This document shows, piece after piece, positions 40,593 through 50,731 of a stretch of DNA of 64,000 nt. The notes beneath the pieces were generated by a model. It made no database searches and was not told the DNA's origin. It saw nothing but the letters and a program-made list of their open reading frames with translations. The stretch covers positions 352,001 through 416,000 of the forward strand of contig CBDCVR010000013.1 in assembly GCA_965223155.1 (NCBI GenBank), read 5' to 3'. The stretch's first letter is position 1, and the number at the start of each line of letters is the position of its first letter. Source of the stretch: Candidatus Multivoradales bacterium (GTDB lineage: Bacteria; Acidobacteriota; Thermoanaerobaculia; Multivoradales; JAHEKO01). Both the position numbers and the translations under genes were made by a program.

Positions 40593-42801
40593 CCGGTGTC
40601 CCCATCGACACGTTGTCCACCACGACCATGTCGGTCAGCCCGCCCCGTAACCGGTCTGTCTTGACCTGGGTGTTGTCATCCAACGTCCAGACGATCTCGT
40701 ACTCGAATTCGGGGCGCTCATCCGCCGGATGGGCGTACTTGACCATCTCGGAAAACCTCGGCACCTCGGCGAACTCGCTCAGCTCGACTCGTTCGATTCG
40801 CTGTTTGCCGAAGAGATCGAAGTAGAGGGTGATGGTCGTCGAGATCACGTTCTGGCTGTCGAGACGGTCGGACCGGGCCAGGAGGCGCAGATTGCGGTAG
40901 CCATGAGGCGGCGACAGCGCCAGGCTGGAGTCGGACGATGTCTGCCGCCCGGAGCGCCATTCGGCGCCGCCGAAGAGGCTCCACACGACTTCGTAGTCGT
41001 ACGCGAGCCATTCGTCGCCACGATCCCCCTGAAGCATGGGATAGACCAGGAGCTTGCGCACGCCCTGCTCCAAGCGCCGGAACTGGTCGCGATCGAAGCG
41101 CGTGGTGCGGACGGTCGTCTCGCCGTTGCGGTGCCTCTTGGTGAGGGTCAACTCGACGTGATTCACGAACTGGCCGAAATCCGAGGCATCCAGGCCGTCC
41201 AGGGTGACCACCACCCGGCGCTCGCGCATGGCGGGGTCGTCCCAGTTGACCACCAGGTAGTGATCCGGGTCGTTGAACAACCGGCGCAGGCCGCCCATCG
41301 GGAAGTCGAAGGGCAGGTTCTGGGTGTCGTAGGTGGCCTTCTTCCAGTTGAAGTTGAACTCGCCCGAGCGCTGGTACTCCTTTTGCCGGTACGCGGCGAG
41401 CAAGGAAAACGTGGGCTCTTCCTGGATGTTGGCCGGCGTCGCCTCGCGGCCGCCGCCCCCCTGGCCGGGACGGGTGCCGGACTGGCCGGCGCCGCTTCCC
41501 GAAGAGCCTTCCGGGGTCGCTCCGGGCGTCTGTCCCCTGGTACCTCCCTCGCCTGTTTCGCCGCCTCCCGCGGCAGCCGTCGAGCCATCCGCGGTTCGGG
41601 TCCCGGACTCGCTTCCTTCTCCACTGCCGGCCCCGGCGCCGGCGGTCGCCGTCTCCGAGCTGGAGCTGCCCTGCCCGAGCGGCAGGTGGTCCAGGATGGG
41701 CAGATGGGTGACCGTCGGATCGGTGTCCGTCCGAAGCGCCCGCTCCCGGGCGATCTCTTCCCGCTCCTGGCGCTCCCGCTCTCTCTCCCGCTCGTTGGCG
41801 CGGCGGACCCGCTCCTGCTCCTCCCGCTGAAAGCGGCTGGCGCGATCGAAGTTGCTGTAGAGATTCTGGTCCGGCTGGAGGGTCGCTACGAGCTGCGGAT
41901 CGCTGTCCACCTCGAACAGCATGCGCACGACGTGCCCCTCCGCGGTTCGGATGGCCTCCTGAAGGTTCTCGCACTCTCCCTTCTGCTCGAAGGTATACGC
42001 CTTGTCGGATTCCAGCCGGCTGACGACGCGCTGTACGTCGACACCCAGGATCGGGGTCCTGAGGCCGGCCGCCATGGCCTCGTTGGCCGCGATGTTCTCG
42101 AAGCTACCGGAAAGCTCGGCGTCGCACGGGCTCCGCAGACCGACCATGTTCATGTCGAATTTGACGGCGAGCTGCCCCGAAGCCTGGCGCAGAGACTCGC
42201 GCATGATGGTCGCGCCCTCGCCGGTGAGACGGAGGTTGATGGCGGTTCGGTGTCCCTCCATGACGGGAGCCTTGCCGCCGCCGACGATCTTGGTGATGAA
42301 CTCCCCTTCGTCGTTCTGGAGGCCGGAGGAGACGAAGACCTGCCCCGACTCGTAGGTGATCGCGCCGGCCACCCGGGCGCCGGGGACCTGGCGGCGGAGC
42401 TCCTGCTCGGCCTGGCGCAAGGTCTCGTCGTCCACGTTGAACTCGACGGCGAAGGACACGAAGCCCTCGGCCACGGAGCGGCCCGTGCCGCCTTCGACGA
42501 AGTCCGGCTGCTCTCCGCTCGGCGTGTTCTTGACGAAAATCAGGAAGCTGAAGATCGGCTTGCCGTTGCGCATCGCGAGGCGCGGCTTGTCGGGCAGGTA
42601 GTAGAAGGTCGTGGGCTCCTTGTACTTGGGATAGAAGCGCAAGCCGCCGGCGTCGATGCCCTCGTCGAGCATCACGTCCCGCGAAGCACCCGCGGGCAGC
42701 GCCGTAAGGAGCAGCACGAGGCAGCATGCGGTCAAGGTGAGGAACCGGTGGGTTGCGGTCATTGACTCGATCGCGCGGTCGGCGGGTTTCATTGGTTGCA
42801 T
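40585..42801 (-). CDS. Secreted paralogue P1 of unnamed YYLPxxPRL family
   Basis: AAAGGAG RBS, signal peptide, TFYYLPDKPRL...GKPIFSF, GKAPVMEG, two YxYxVxW beta-sandwiches; ER-rich/Gly-rich insertion. Confidence 0.85.
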   Translation of the reverse strand: MQPMKPADRAIESMTATHRFLTLTACCLVLLLTALPAGASRDVMLDEGIDAGGLRFYPKYKEPTTFYYLPDKPRLAMRNGKPIFSFLIFVKNTPSGEQPDFVEGGTGRSVAEGFVSFAVEFNVDDETLRQAEQELRRQVPGARVAGAITYESGQVFVSSGLQNDEGEFITKIVGGGKAPVMEGHRTAINLRLTGEGATIMRESLRQASGQLAVKFDMNMVGLRSPCDAELSGSFENIAANEAMAAGLRTPILGVDVQRVVSRLESDKAYTFEQKGECENLQEAIRTAEGHVVRMLFEVDSDPQLVATLQPDQNLYSNFDRASRFQREEQERVRRANERERERERQEREEIARERALRTDTDPTVTHLPILDHLPLGQGSSSSETATAGAGAGSGEGSESGTRTADGSTAAAGGGETGEGGTRGQTPGATPEGSSGSGAGQSGTRPGQGGGGREATPANIQEEPTFSLLAAYRQKEYQRSGEFNFNWKKATYDTQNLPFDFPMGGLRRLFNDPDHYLVVNWDDPAMRERRVVVTLDGLDASDFGQFVNHVELTLTKRHRNGETTVRTTRFDRDQFRRLEQGVRKLLVYPMLQGDRGDEWLAYDYEVVWSLFGGAEWRSGRQTSSDSSLALSPPHGYRNLRLLARSDRLDSQNVISTTITLYFDLFGKQRIERVELSEFAEVPRFSEMVKYAHPADERPEFEYEIVWTLDDNTQVKTDRLRGGLTDMVVVDNVSMGTPVE

Positions 42802-42844
42802 GGAGATCTCCTTTCGGTGTCTCTCGGGTCGGTGTCTCGCGGGA

Positions 42845-44986
42845 TTAGTTGGTGCCATCGTCACTGCCGTCGAAGAGGTCGCGCACCGCATCCACGCGCT
42901 CGCCCAGCTCCCTGGCGAAGCCGTCCGGAAGGCCCGAAACGCTGGCGTAGGCGAAATCGCCTTCCAGCAGGCGCCAGGGACTCGCGGGGAGCTGGCCCTC
43001 TTCCTTGTGGGTAAAGACAAGGCTGTAGTGGACGGGCGTTCGTTCGGGATCTCCCTTGTCTACGAACAGCCGGGTCTCGACATAGGGAGCGGGGCGAGCG
43101 ACTCGAAATTTCACGGTCTCGATCTCTTCCTTGCCGTACCGGGAATGGCGCAGCAGGACGTCCACGGCTCGGATTCCGAGTCGCTCGAACTCGTCCAGGT
43201 CGGCCTCGACCTCCACGTCCCGCGCCTCGATGGGCGGAACGAGGGTGATGTTCATCTCCCTCGTGCAGTTCTCTTCGGTGTCGGGCGGCCACTTGCCGCC
43301 ACCCCGCAAGCTCCAGGACTGCGAATACCGGATCGGGCAGCGGGCGTTGAGCTCCTGGCCGCCGGTGGCGAAGGTGAAGGTCTCGACGACGTCGCCGGTC
43401 TCGACCGTGGCACGGTCGAAGACCTTGTCGCGCCGGTTGGCCCCGGCGTAGCCGGGAGTGACCTGGACGGCCACGTTGTTGACCATCCCCGCCTCGAACA
43501 GATCGAGTGCGTCGGCGTCGAGATCCACGACGACCCGGCCGCGGCGAAAGAAGGGATCGTTCAACAGCACCGTGCTGAAGACCTCGTCTTCGTGATCGCG
43601 CAGCTGGGCGCCCAGGTTCCCCGTCATGGTGTGGCTCCGGTAGACGGCCATCGACTTGGTTACCTTGAAGGCGATCTGTCCGGACATACTCTCCCGCTTC
43701 TTGCGAATCGTCAGAATCTCGTAGCTGGTATTCGCGGGCCGCTCATCCTCGTCGTCTTCGTCGTCGCCACTGGTGTCGATGTCTTCGGCGCCCGGCATCG
43801 AAAACGAGCGCTGAATCTCCATGAAGCTCTCCATCGCCTGATCCATCAAGGCTTGCTCGATGAAGGAAACGTCCACGTCCGGGAGGTTCTGGTCGATGGT
43901 GATGGTCACTGCTCCGGTGGTGCGCAAGACGTCATAGGTGTGCTCGTACTGCTCGCGCGAGATGCGGTCGATGGACTCCGACTCGGTGTAGTACGGGATG
44001 ATGATGAAGCCCCAGGACTTCTTGGTGCTCCGGGTAACGGTCTGCGCGTCGTACGAGCACTCGGCGAGCTTGCGCACCCGGTCGAGGTTGATCCGAACCT
44101 CGGCGTTGAAGGCGCGGGTCTTGGCGATGTAGTCGTAAGCGAAGGTCACCGAGAGATCCGAGGTCGCGTTTTCGAAGGTTGACGCGAGCAACTCGGCGCC
44201 GATGGGCGACAGCCGTCCGGCGAGGGCGGCCTTGCCTCCCGGGTAGGTCGGCGCCTTGCCCGACTTCAAGACTCCCGCGGGTGTGAACGAGGTGTCGCTC
44301 AGCGTCCCGGAGGTGACGACGAAGTTCTCTCCCGTCGCCGCCGGCGTCAGCTCCACCATGCCCCGCAGCCGAGCTCCAGGTACCGCCTCCTCCAGGGTGG
44401 TCCGGAGCTCCGCTTCCTCATCCCGGGTCAGGCCGTAGCTCATCATCATGTGAAAGATGCCGCCGGCCGCGGAGTCTGGGCCCTCTTCCTCGTCGGTAAT
44501 GAACTTGACGAAGGTGGCCTCGGGCCTCTCGTCTGCGTACGACAGCTTGGGCTCGGTCGGCAGGTAGTACCAGTCCGAGGGCTTGGGCGCGGCAGAAAAG
44601 ACACCGCCCACGGCCACCACTGCCCGCAGCTTGGGGACGGAGCGCAGCCAGGCCGGCCGCTGGGCCGGCGCCACGGGCCGCATCTGGGCCTGCTGGCGAT
44701 GATCCCGCACCCGGCCGATGCGCTCGTCGTAGCGGCGCTCCAGCTCGTCGCAGGAGGCGTCCTCGGCCTGCGCCGGCAGGTCCGGCGGCTGGGCCCAACG
44801 GGGATGGAGATTGTCGGTCGTCGTGTCTTCGGCGCTCGGAAACACTCGGACCGTCGTGCCATTGCTGAGCACGAAGTCCATGTGCATGCCGAGCTGGACC
44901 GCGGCATTAGCCGGCGCGACCGACAACGCTCCGAGCATGAGCGGGACGATGAGAAGTAAGGCCAGAAAGGTCGGGGCGGATCGCAT
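42845..44986 (-). CDS. Secreted paralogue P2 of unnamed YYLPxxPRL family
   Basis: GGAGG RBS, signal peptide (ANA), WYYLPTEPKL...GGIFHM..YGLT, GKAPTYPGG. Confidence 0.85.
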   Translation of the reverse strand: MRSAPTFLALLLIVPLMLGALSVAPANAAVQLGMHMDFVLSNGTTVRVFPSAEDTTTDNLHPRWAQPPDLPAQAEDASCDELERRYDERIGRVRDHRQQAQMRPVAPAQRPAWLRSVPKLRAVVAVGGVFSAAPKPSDWYYLPTEPKLSYADERPEATFVKFITDEEEGPDSAAGGIFHMMMSYGLTRDEEAELRTTLEEAVPGARLRGMVELTPAATGENFVVTSGTLSDTSFTPAGVLKSGKAPTYPGGKAALAGRLSPIGAELLASTFENATSDLSVTFAYDYIAKTRAFNAEVRINLDRVRKLAECSYDAQTVTRSTKKSWGFIIIPYYTESESIDRISREQYEHTYDVLRTTGAVTITIDQNLPDVDVSFIEQALMDQAMESFMEIQRSFSMPGAEDIDTSGDDEDDEDERPANTSYEILTIRKKRESMSGQIAFKVTKSMAVYRSHTMTGNLGAQLRDHEDEVFSTVLLNDPFFRRGRVVVDLDADALDLFEAGMVNNVAVQVTPGYAGANRRDKVFDRATVETGDVVETFTFATGGQELNARCPIRYSQSWSLRGGGKWPPDTEENCTREMNITLVPPIEARDVEVEADLDEFERLGIRAVDVLLRHSRYGKEEIETVKFRVARPAPYVETRLFVDKGDPERTPVHYSLVFTHKEEGQLPASPWRLLEGDFAYASVSGLPDGFARELGERVDAVRDLFDGSDDGTN

Positions 44987-45037
44987 CGGAGTCCTCCAGA
45001 TCGATAAGAACGAATCGGTTCGAAAAAATGACGTCAC

Positions 45038-46846
45038 TTACGAAACCTCGGGAAGCCGGTCGCAGAAGATCGTGCCCGGCTGAGCGGTGCGGCGTTCGAG
45101 ACGCACCCGCGAATCGTCTTCGAGGGTCCAGACGATTTCGTACTCGATGGTCGTCGGGTCGCTGGTGTCCACGGGAACCGGAATCGGAGTCGCCGCCCGC
45201 AGCAGCCCCTCTTCGGGGACGAGCTCCAAACGCTCGCGCCGCTTGCGGCCGAAGAAGTCGTACCAGAGAGTGATCGAAACCAGCCGAACTCCCGCCTCCT
45301 CCAACCGCTCGGCCGAGGCACGAAAGGTCACGTCTTCAAACTCGAACGGGGGTACCAGCGAGTGCGCGCGGTCGGTCGATTCGATCGGTCCGTCCGTCTT
45401 CTTCGCGCCGCCCAAGAAGGACCAGCTCACGCTGTAGCGATAGCGCTCGAAGTCCATGAGGTCGGTCTCACGGTCCCAGGAGTAGGTCACGGTCTTGGGC
45501 TCGCCGCTCGACAGTTCCTGGCCGTGAAAGAGGACTTCGCGAACCGACTCCGTCCCGGAACCGTGCAGCTTGCGCAGTTCGACGGCGACGCTGGTGACGA
45601 ACCGCCGGTAGGCTTCCTCCCAGAGTCCGTCCAGCGAGAACACGATCTCCTTGACTCGAAACTCCGGGTCGTCGGCGCGGGCGGTGCGGAAGATGCGGGG
45701 ATCTTCGGCGTACTCCTTGTACAGGCTGCCGATATTGCCGCTCAAGACGGCGGTGACCTGGTCGCTCGCCGCCTCGTTGAAGTTCACCGTGTACTCGCCC
45801 TCCCGAGCGATCTCTCTTTGCTTGAAGCCGCCCTCGAGGCTCAGGTACCAGGGGGCCTGCTGGTGGCCGGCGCCGGCGGCCATGGGCAGCAGCGAGGTGG
45901 CAAGATCGTCCAGGTTCGGAGTGTCCTCGGCGAAGACGTCCAGCGGCACCGGCTCGAAGACCTTCTTTTGCAGGATCTCGAACGTCCTCTCGTAGAGCGG
46001 CTGCATGCTCTCGAGGGTCCCCTTGCCCGAACAGTCGATAGCACCGGTCTCGCGCGCCTTGTCCCAGAAGTTTTCGTAGTCGAATCCCAGATTGATCGGC
46101 CCGTAGCCGAACTTGAAGCCAACCTCGGCTTCCACGTGCTCGTGAAACTTGTCCCAGAAGACCGAGCAACTGGCTTCGACGGGATCCCGGATCCCCGCGT
46201 AGGTGAGCTGAAAGACCATGGCGATGTCCGGCGCCGCCATGCCGAACGAATTCCTCAGGATGGTGGCGCCCTCCTTGGTGAGGTGGAGCGAGACCGCGGC
46301 CTTGTGCCCGGGCAGAAGCGGCGCCCGTCCGGTGCCGACGACCGCGTGGGAGAGCTTCCGGGTGTCGGCAGGCGGCTCGTCTTCGGGCAAGAAGGACGAG
46401 ACCAGAGCGAAGGAGCCCTCTCGAAATTGCACCGGGCCCGCCAGCACCGCGTCCTCGACGTCGTCACGCAGGGCGGCCTCGGCGGCCTCGACGTCTTCGG
46501 GCTCGGTCCCGAACTCGACCAGGAAGTGCACGATGCCGCCGCCTCCCGCTTGGGTCACGCCGCCTTCGGAGGCGACCGCCGACAGATCCCGGTAGGTCAG
46601 GAAGGAGAACTCGGGCAAACCATCCGGCCGGCGGGCCAGCCGTGGCTCGGCCGGCAGGTAGTAGAAGACCGTGCGTTCGGAAAACAGGGGCAGGCAGACG
46701 AGCGGTCCGCAGGTTCGAGCGTGGTCGAGCGCGAGCTGCTGTGCACGTGCCGGACGACTTCCGGACGCAAGAAGCCACGCCGCGCCGAGGGCCAGCGCCA
46801 GGAGGCACCCTGGAGACAGCCTGGGAAGTGATCCTCGCCGCCTCAC
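45038..46846 (-). CDS. Secreted paralogue P3 of unnamed YYLPxxPRL family
   Basis: GTGA overlap, signal peptide (ARA), FYYLPAEPRL..DGLPEFSF, GGGIVHF, GRAPLLPG. Confidence 0.85.
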   Translation of the reverse strand: MRRRGSLPRLSPGCLLALALGAAWLLASGSRPARAQQLALDHARTCGPLVCLPLFSERTVFYYLPAEPRLARRPDGLPEFSFLTYRDLSAVASEGGVTQAGGGGIVHFLVEFGTEPEDVEAAEAALRDDVEDAVLAGPVQFREGSFALVSSFLPEDEPPADTRKLSHAVVGTGRAPLLPGHKAAVSLHLTKEGATILRNSFGMAAPDIAMVFQLTYAGIRDPVEASCSVFWDKFHEHVEAEVGFKFGYGPINLGFDYENFWDKARETGAIDCSGKGTLESMQPLYERTFEILQKKVFEPVPLDVFAEDTPNLDDLATSLLPMAAGAGHQQAPWYLSLEGGFKQREIAREGEYTVNFNEAASDQVTAVLSGNIGSLYKEYAEDPRIFRTARADDPEFRVKEIVFSLDGLWEEAYRRFVTSVAVELRKLHGSGTESVREVLFHGQELSSGEPKTVTYSWDRETDLMDFERYRYSVSWSFLGGAKKTDGPIESTDRAHSLVPPFEFEDVTFRASAERLEEAGVRLVSITLWYDFFGRKRRERLELVPEEGLLRAATPIPVPVDTSDPTTIEYEIVWTLEDDSRVRLERRTAQPGTIFCDRLPEVS

Positions 46847-48744
46847 CGAGACTCCTCCACCTCGTCCGCCGCCGGTTTCAACTCGGGTTCGGGCTCAGGC
46901 TCGGGCTCCGCGGTCGGCGGTCCCGCCAGGACTACGCTCAACTCCGTGTCCTCGACCTCCGTCCAGTCGCTCGAGACATTCCGGTTGCCGTCCTGCATCC
47001 AGCGAATGCGGTAGCGAACCGGGGAGCGCTCGTCCCGGATGAAGTTGGTCTCCATGTAGTTTTCGGTCTCGCCCGGGCGGAAGCTCTTGTTCAGGAACTT
47101 GCGTCGTCCCATCAAGCGATATTCGACCGACAGCGACACTCGGCGGACTTCTTCTTCGATGAGCGAAGACTCATCCAGCTCGATGAACACCGAGACCTTG
47201 TCCTTCGGCGGCGCCAGGTCCAGGATGCCCCGGCGCGAAGGGGCGAAATCCTCGGGATCTTCGGACGGGAACGACACCGTTTGGCCTCCGCGGAAGCTCC
47301 AGATGACTCGGTACTCGTAGCTGCTGGCGTCAAGGCCCTGGAGCCCGAGCTTGGGATAGCTCAGGGTCTTCGAAAAGGTTCCGCTCTTGACCTCGTCGCG
47401 TCCGAAACGGGCCTCCCCGACGAAATCCGGTTGCTCGAGTCCCGGATAGGACTTCTTGATCTCCACCGAGGCGGAGTTGATGACCGACGAGAAGGCGTCG
47501 TAGAAGTCCGGGTCCACCTGAAACAGGATCTCCCGCCTCAAGAACTTCGAAGCTTGCGGCGACACGATCTTGAACAGCCGCTCGTCGTCTCCCCAGACCT
47601 CGAAGAAGCCGCGCATGTTCCCTGCGGTATTGAACGGCACCTGAATCGTGGTGTTCTCGGTGAAGCTCAGCGAGAACGTTCCCCGGCGGATGTCTTCGCG
47701 GCGGCGCAGGGTGTACTGGTCCTCGGTCACGAACTTGGGATTCTCGTTGCCGCCAAAGGTCTTCTGAAACCAGCTTCGCTCGGCCCGCTGCGCGACCACG
47801 TCCTCCGGAACCTTCTCCTGTTCCGGGAGCTGCGATAGCCCCTGAGTCGTGTCGAAGAGCATGTCCACGAGCTTGGTCGTGACGAGATCCATCAGGCCCC
47901 CGAGAGTCGAAGTGCCCGCGACTCCAGCGCGGCTCGTGACCGAGACGTCGATTACCCCATTGCGCTGCAGTTCGTCCATATGGTCGCGAAGCTCGCGCTT
48001 GGAATAGTTCGCCTGACGGTTCTGGACGGCAAAGAAGTGCTCGTAGACGGTGCTCAGATCGGCGAACACCCTTCCTTGGTAGCTCGGAAGAGCCGCTTCG
48101 TAGTAGGCCGTGATCGCGACCGAGATGTCCGACGTAGGGGACTTGAGGGTCGCGTCCAAGAGAGTCGTGGACTCCGGACTCAAGAGCGCCGACACCGCGG
48201 CCAGCGAACCGGGAGTCACCGGCGCCACACCGGAAGTGACCATCTGGGACCGGAAGCCCGCCACCGCACCTTCGGCGCCGGGCGCGCCGGAGCCCGAGGT
48301 CAGGGTCGAAGAGGTCACCATGAACGAGGGCTTGGGCCCTTCATAGCCCTCTTCTTCCTTCTTCACCAGGAGCGGAACCGGACCTCGGAGGCGAGCTCCG
48401 GGAACCTCCTCGTCCAGCCTCCGCTGGAGCTCTTCGATGACGTCCTCGGGCAACTGGAGGGTGAAGAGAAAGTGCAAGAGGCCGCCGCTCACGGCCTGGG
48501 TCTCGCCGACGTAGGTGACGAACGTCATCTGGGGCAGGCCGTCCTCGTGGGTCGAAACCCGCGGATACGGCGGAATGTAGAAGTAGCTCGACGGGTCGTC
48601 CTTGTCGCGCAGCAAGGTGATGCCGTTGAGGGTCAGGCGGCCCTCCTCGTAGAGAACGACTCCTTCCGCCGCCGCCGGAACCAGGAGCGCGCCGATCAGA
48701 ACGGCGCACCGGCAAGCTTGCGTGAACCAACTGCTTCGCTTCAT
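46843..48744 (-). CDS. Secreted paralogue P4 of unnamed YYLPxxPRL family
   Basis: Signal peptide (AEG), YFYIPPYPRV..DGLPQMTF, GGLLHF, GVAPVTPG; PE-repeat tail. Confidence 0.85.
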   Translation of the reverse strand: MKRSSWFTQACRCAVLIGALLVPAAAEGVVLYEEGRLTLNGITLLRDKDDPSSYFYIPPYPRVSTHEDGLPQMTFVTYVGETQAVSGGLLHFLFTLQLPEDVIEELQRRLDEEVPGARLRGPVPLLVKKEEEGYEGPKPSFMVTSSTLTSGSGAPGAEGAVAGFRSQMVTSGVAPVTPGSLAAVSALLSPESTTLLDATLKSPTSDISVAITAYYEAALPSYQGRVFADLSTVYEHFFAVQNRQANYSKRELRDHMDELQRNGVIDVSVTSRAGVAGTSTLGGLMDLVTTKLVDMLFDTTQGLSQLPEQEKVPEDVVAQRAERSWFQKTFGGNENPKFVTEDQYTLRRREDIRRGTFSLSFTENTTIQVPFNTAGNMRGFFEVWGDDERLFKIVSPQASKFLRREILFQVDPDFYDAFSSVINSASVEIKKSYPGLEQPDFVGEARFGRDEVKSGTFSKTLSYPKLGLQGLDASSYEYRVIWSFRGGQTVSFPSEDPEDFAPSRRGILDLAPPKDKVSVFIELDESSLIEEEVRRVSLSVEYRLMGRRKFLNKSFRPGETENYMETNFIRDERSPVRYRIRWMQDGNRNVSSDWTEVEDTELSVVLAGPPTAEPEPEPEPELKPAADEVEESR

Positions 48745-48793
48745 AGGGAACTTCCTCTTCCTAGATCTAGTGGATTGACGTCGGGCGATACCG

Positions 48794-50710
48794 TCATGAC
48801 GAGCCTACGGGTGCGATCGAGCCGGTCTCATCCGAACTTGTCGTGGCAAGCTGAGGCCGGAGCTCCGGGAACCGCGACAGCACCGCGTCCTCCCCCATCA
48901 TGTCCGCTGCGGCCCTGGCCTGTGCTTCGGAGCGCTCGGCGGCGTTCGTCAGGAGCTCGGCCGGCAGCGCCGCGTAGAGATAGTCGCCCCCGGTCCAGCT
49001 CCGCCAGGCGAGGGCCATGGCGCCGTGCTCTCGATGCTGGTAAATGAGGCGCATAGCGTAGCCCGCGGAATCTCGATCCACGAGCACGCGCTCGGTAACG
49101 TAGGGCTCTCCTCGGAGTCTGAGGCGCAGGGTGGCCTCGGTCTCGCGCCCGAAGCTCCAGTAGCGGATCTTGACCGTGGCCCGCGTAAACCCCGCGGCCT
49201 GGAGCTCGACAAGGTCGCCTTCGAGCTCGAGAGACCGTGGGCGTACCGGTGGCGTCAAGGTAACGCCTTGCCACGTTCCTTCCCGCCATTCGGCACGCAC
49301 CGGGTACGTGGTGCCGTCCCGCAGTGTCCACTTCACGAGGTACTCGAAGGCCGCCGACTCGGCTTCGGAACGAGGGTAGTCCAGAGATACGAGAGGGCCA
49401 TCCCGGCGCAAGACGTCCCGATCCAGGGTCTTGCTCTCCAGGAAGTCGCGCCCTCCGGCCCTGCGCTTTCGAAGAGTGATCTGAACGTGGCGGATGGCTT
49501 CGTCGAAGATCTCCTCGCCACCCAAGCTCAACAGGAAGGGGACGGTGCGGATCGAATCGAACCACTGATCGACACGGACCGTCTCCACGCATCGCGGATC
49601 CTCGCGCACGGCCTCGTACCAGGACTTGAGGTTCGCTACGAGCTGATGCTCCCGGCGCACCGGCAAGCGGACGTCCAGCCGGGTGTGTTGCGTCGGCGTC
49701 GTCACCGGCCGGCTCCTGCCTGTGGCCCAACGCGGCCGATAGCGGTCGGCAAACCGCGCTCCGGGCCGGAGCCGCTGCAGGGCCCTGTCCGCTCGGGAAA
49801 GCGTTTGCCGCCCTGGATCGATGTCGGCGACGAGTTCCAGAAAGCGCTCGAAAAAGGTGGATTCAATCTCCGCCAAGCGGTCGTCGGGAATGGCTTCGTC
49901 CCAGTGGAAGCGAATGACTCCCTGGCGAATGAGGTACCGGTACTGGCGCTCGAGCTCGACCAGGCCCGTCGTCTGCCCGGTCGGGTTTCCCCGGCAGCGT
50001 CCGAGGAGGCACGCACCACCGTAGCCGCTCAGCAGCGACTCGCCTTCCCGCTCGAGCGTTCTCCAGTCGATCGAGACCGAGCCGCGGGCCGCGGGCACCG
50101 CCAGGTCGTAGCCGAACTCCAGGATCAGCGAGAGATCGGCCAGAGTCGTGGCCCCCTCGAGGGTGGCCCGCAGGATCTGGGCTTGGTGGGAGTCCAGGCG
50201 CGCCGCCACCGCCACTCGTCCACCCGGAAGCAGGGGCGCGAATCCCCCGGTCAGGACCGCGGCCTCGGACCCTTCCGAGTCGAGCGTTCCCGAGACCAGC
50301 CGGAAGCTCCGTTCGGCCCCAGCGGCAGTCAGAGGCAGGGCCCCCAGGAGCTTGGCCCCCGGACGGTTGCGGCCCAGCAGGGCGGCAAGCTCCCCTTCTT
50401 GCGCCGGAGTCAAGCCCCAGGTCACGCGCAGGTTGAGCAGGGCTCCGGCCGCGTCTCCCTGGTCCTCGTCCGATTCAAGGACATAGGTTCGAAGCGCGAA
50501 CTCGGGCTTGCCGTCTTCGGCCACCGCGAGCCGGGGATTGGTGGGCAGATAGTAGTAGCCGTCGGAATCGGAGACCGATGCGTACGCCACGACCCGGGTG
50601 CCGTCTTCGAGCTCCGCTTCGAGGAGGCTCGCCGGCTCCAAGAGCGCGCCCGCGACGGGCGCGCTCCAGGACGCCACGAGGAGGGTCAGCAGCGCGAGAC
50701 GCTTGCTCAT
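48794..50710 (-). CDS. Secreted paralogue P5 of unnamed YYLPxxPRL family
   Basis: Signal peptide (VAG), YYYLPTNPRL..DGKPEF, TWGLT, GFAPLLPGG, FEYLVKW. Confidence 0.85.
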   Translation of the reverse strand: MSKRLALLTLLVASWSAPVAGALLEPASLLEAELEDGTRVVAYASVSDSDGYYYLPTNPRLAVAEDGKPEFALRTYVLESDEDQGDAAGALLNLRVTWGLTPAQEGELAALLGRNRPGAKLLGALPLTAAGAERSFRLVSGTLDSEGSEAAVLTGGFAPLLPGGRVAVAARLDSHQAQILRATLEGATTLADLSLILEFGYDLAVPAARGSVSIDWRTLEREGESLLSGYGGACLLGRCRGNPTGQTTGLVELERQYRYLIRQGVIRFHWDEAIPDDRLAEIESTFFERFLELVADIDPGRQTLSRADRALQRLRPGARFADRYRPRWATGRSRPVTTPTQHTRLDVRLPVRREHQLVANLKSWYEAVREDPRCVETVRVDQWFDSIRTVPFLLSLGGEEIFDEAIRHVQITLRKRRAGGRDFLESKTLDRDVLRRDGPLVSLDYPRSEAESAAFEYLVKWTLRDGTTYPVRAEWREGTWQGVTLTPPVRPRSLELEGDLVELQAAGFTRATVKIRYWSFGRETEATLRLRLRGEPYVTERVLVDRDSAGYAMRLIYQHREHGAMALAWRSWTGGDYLYAALPAELLTNAAERSEAQARAAADMMGEDAVLSRFPELRPQLATTSSDETGSIAPVGSS

Positions 50711-50731
50711 TTTGTGCACCTTGGCCGCACT

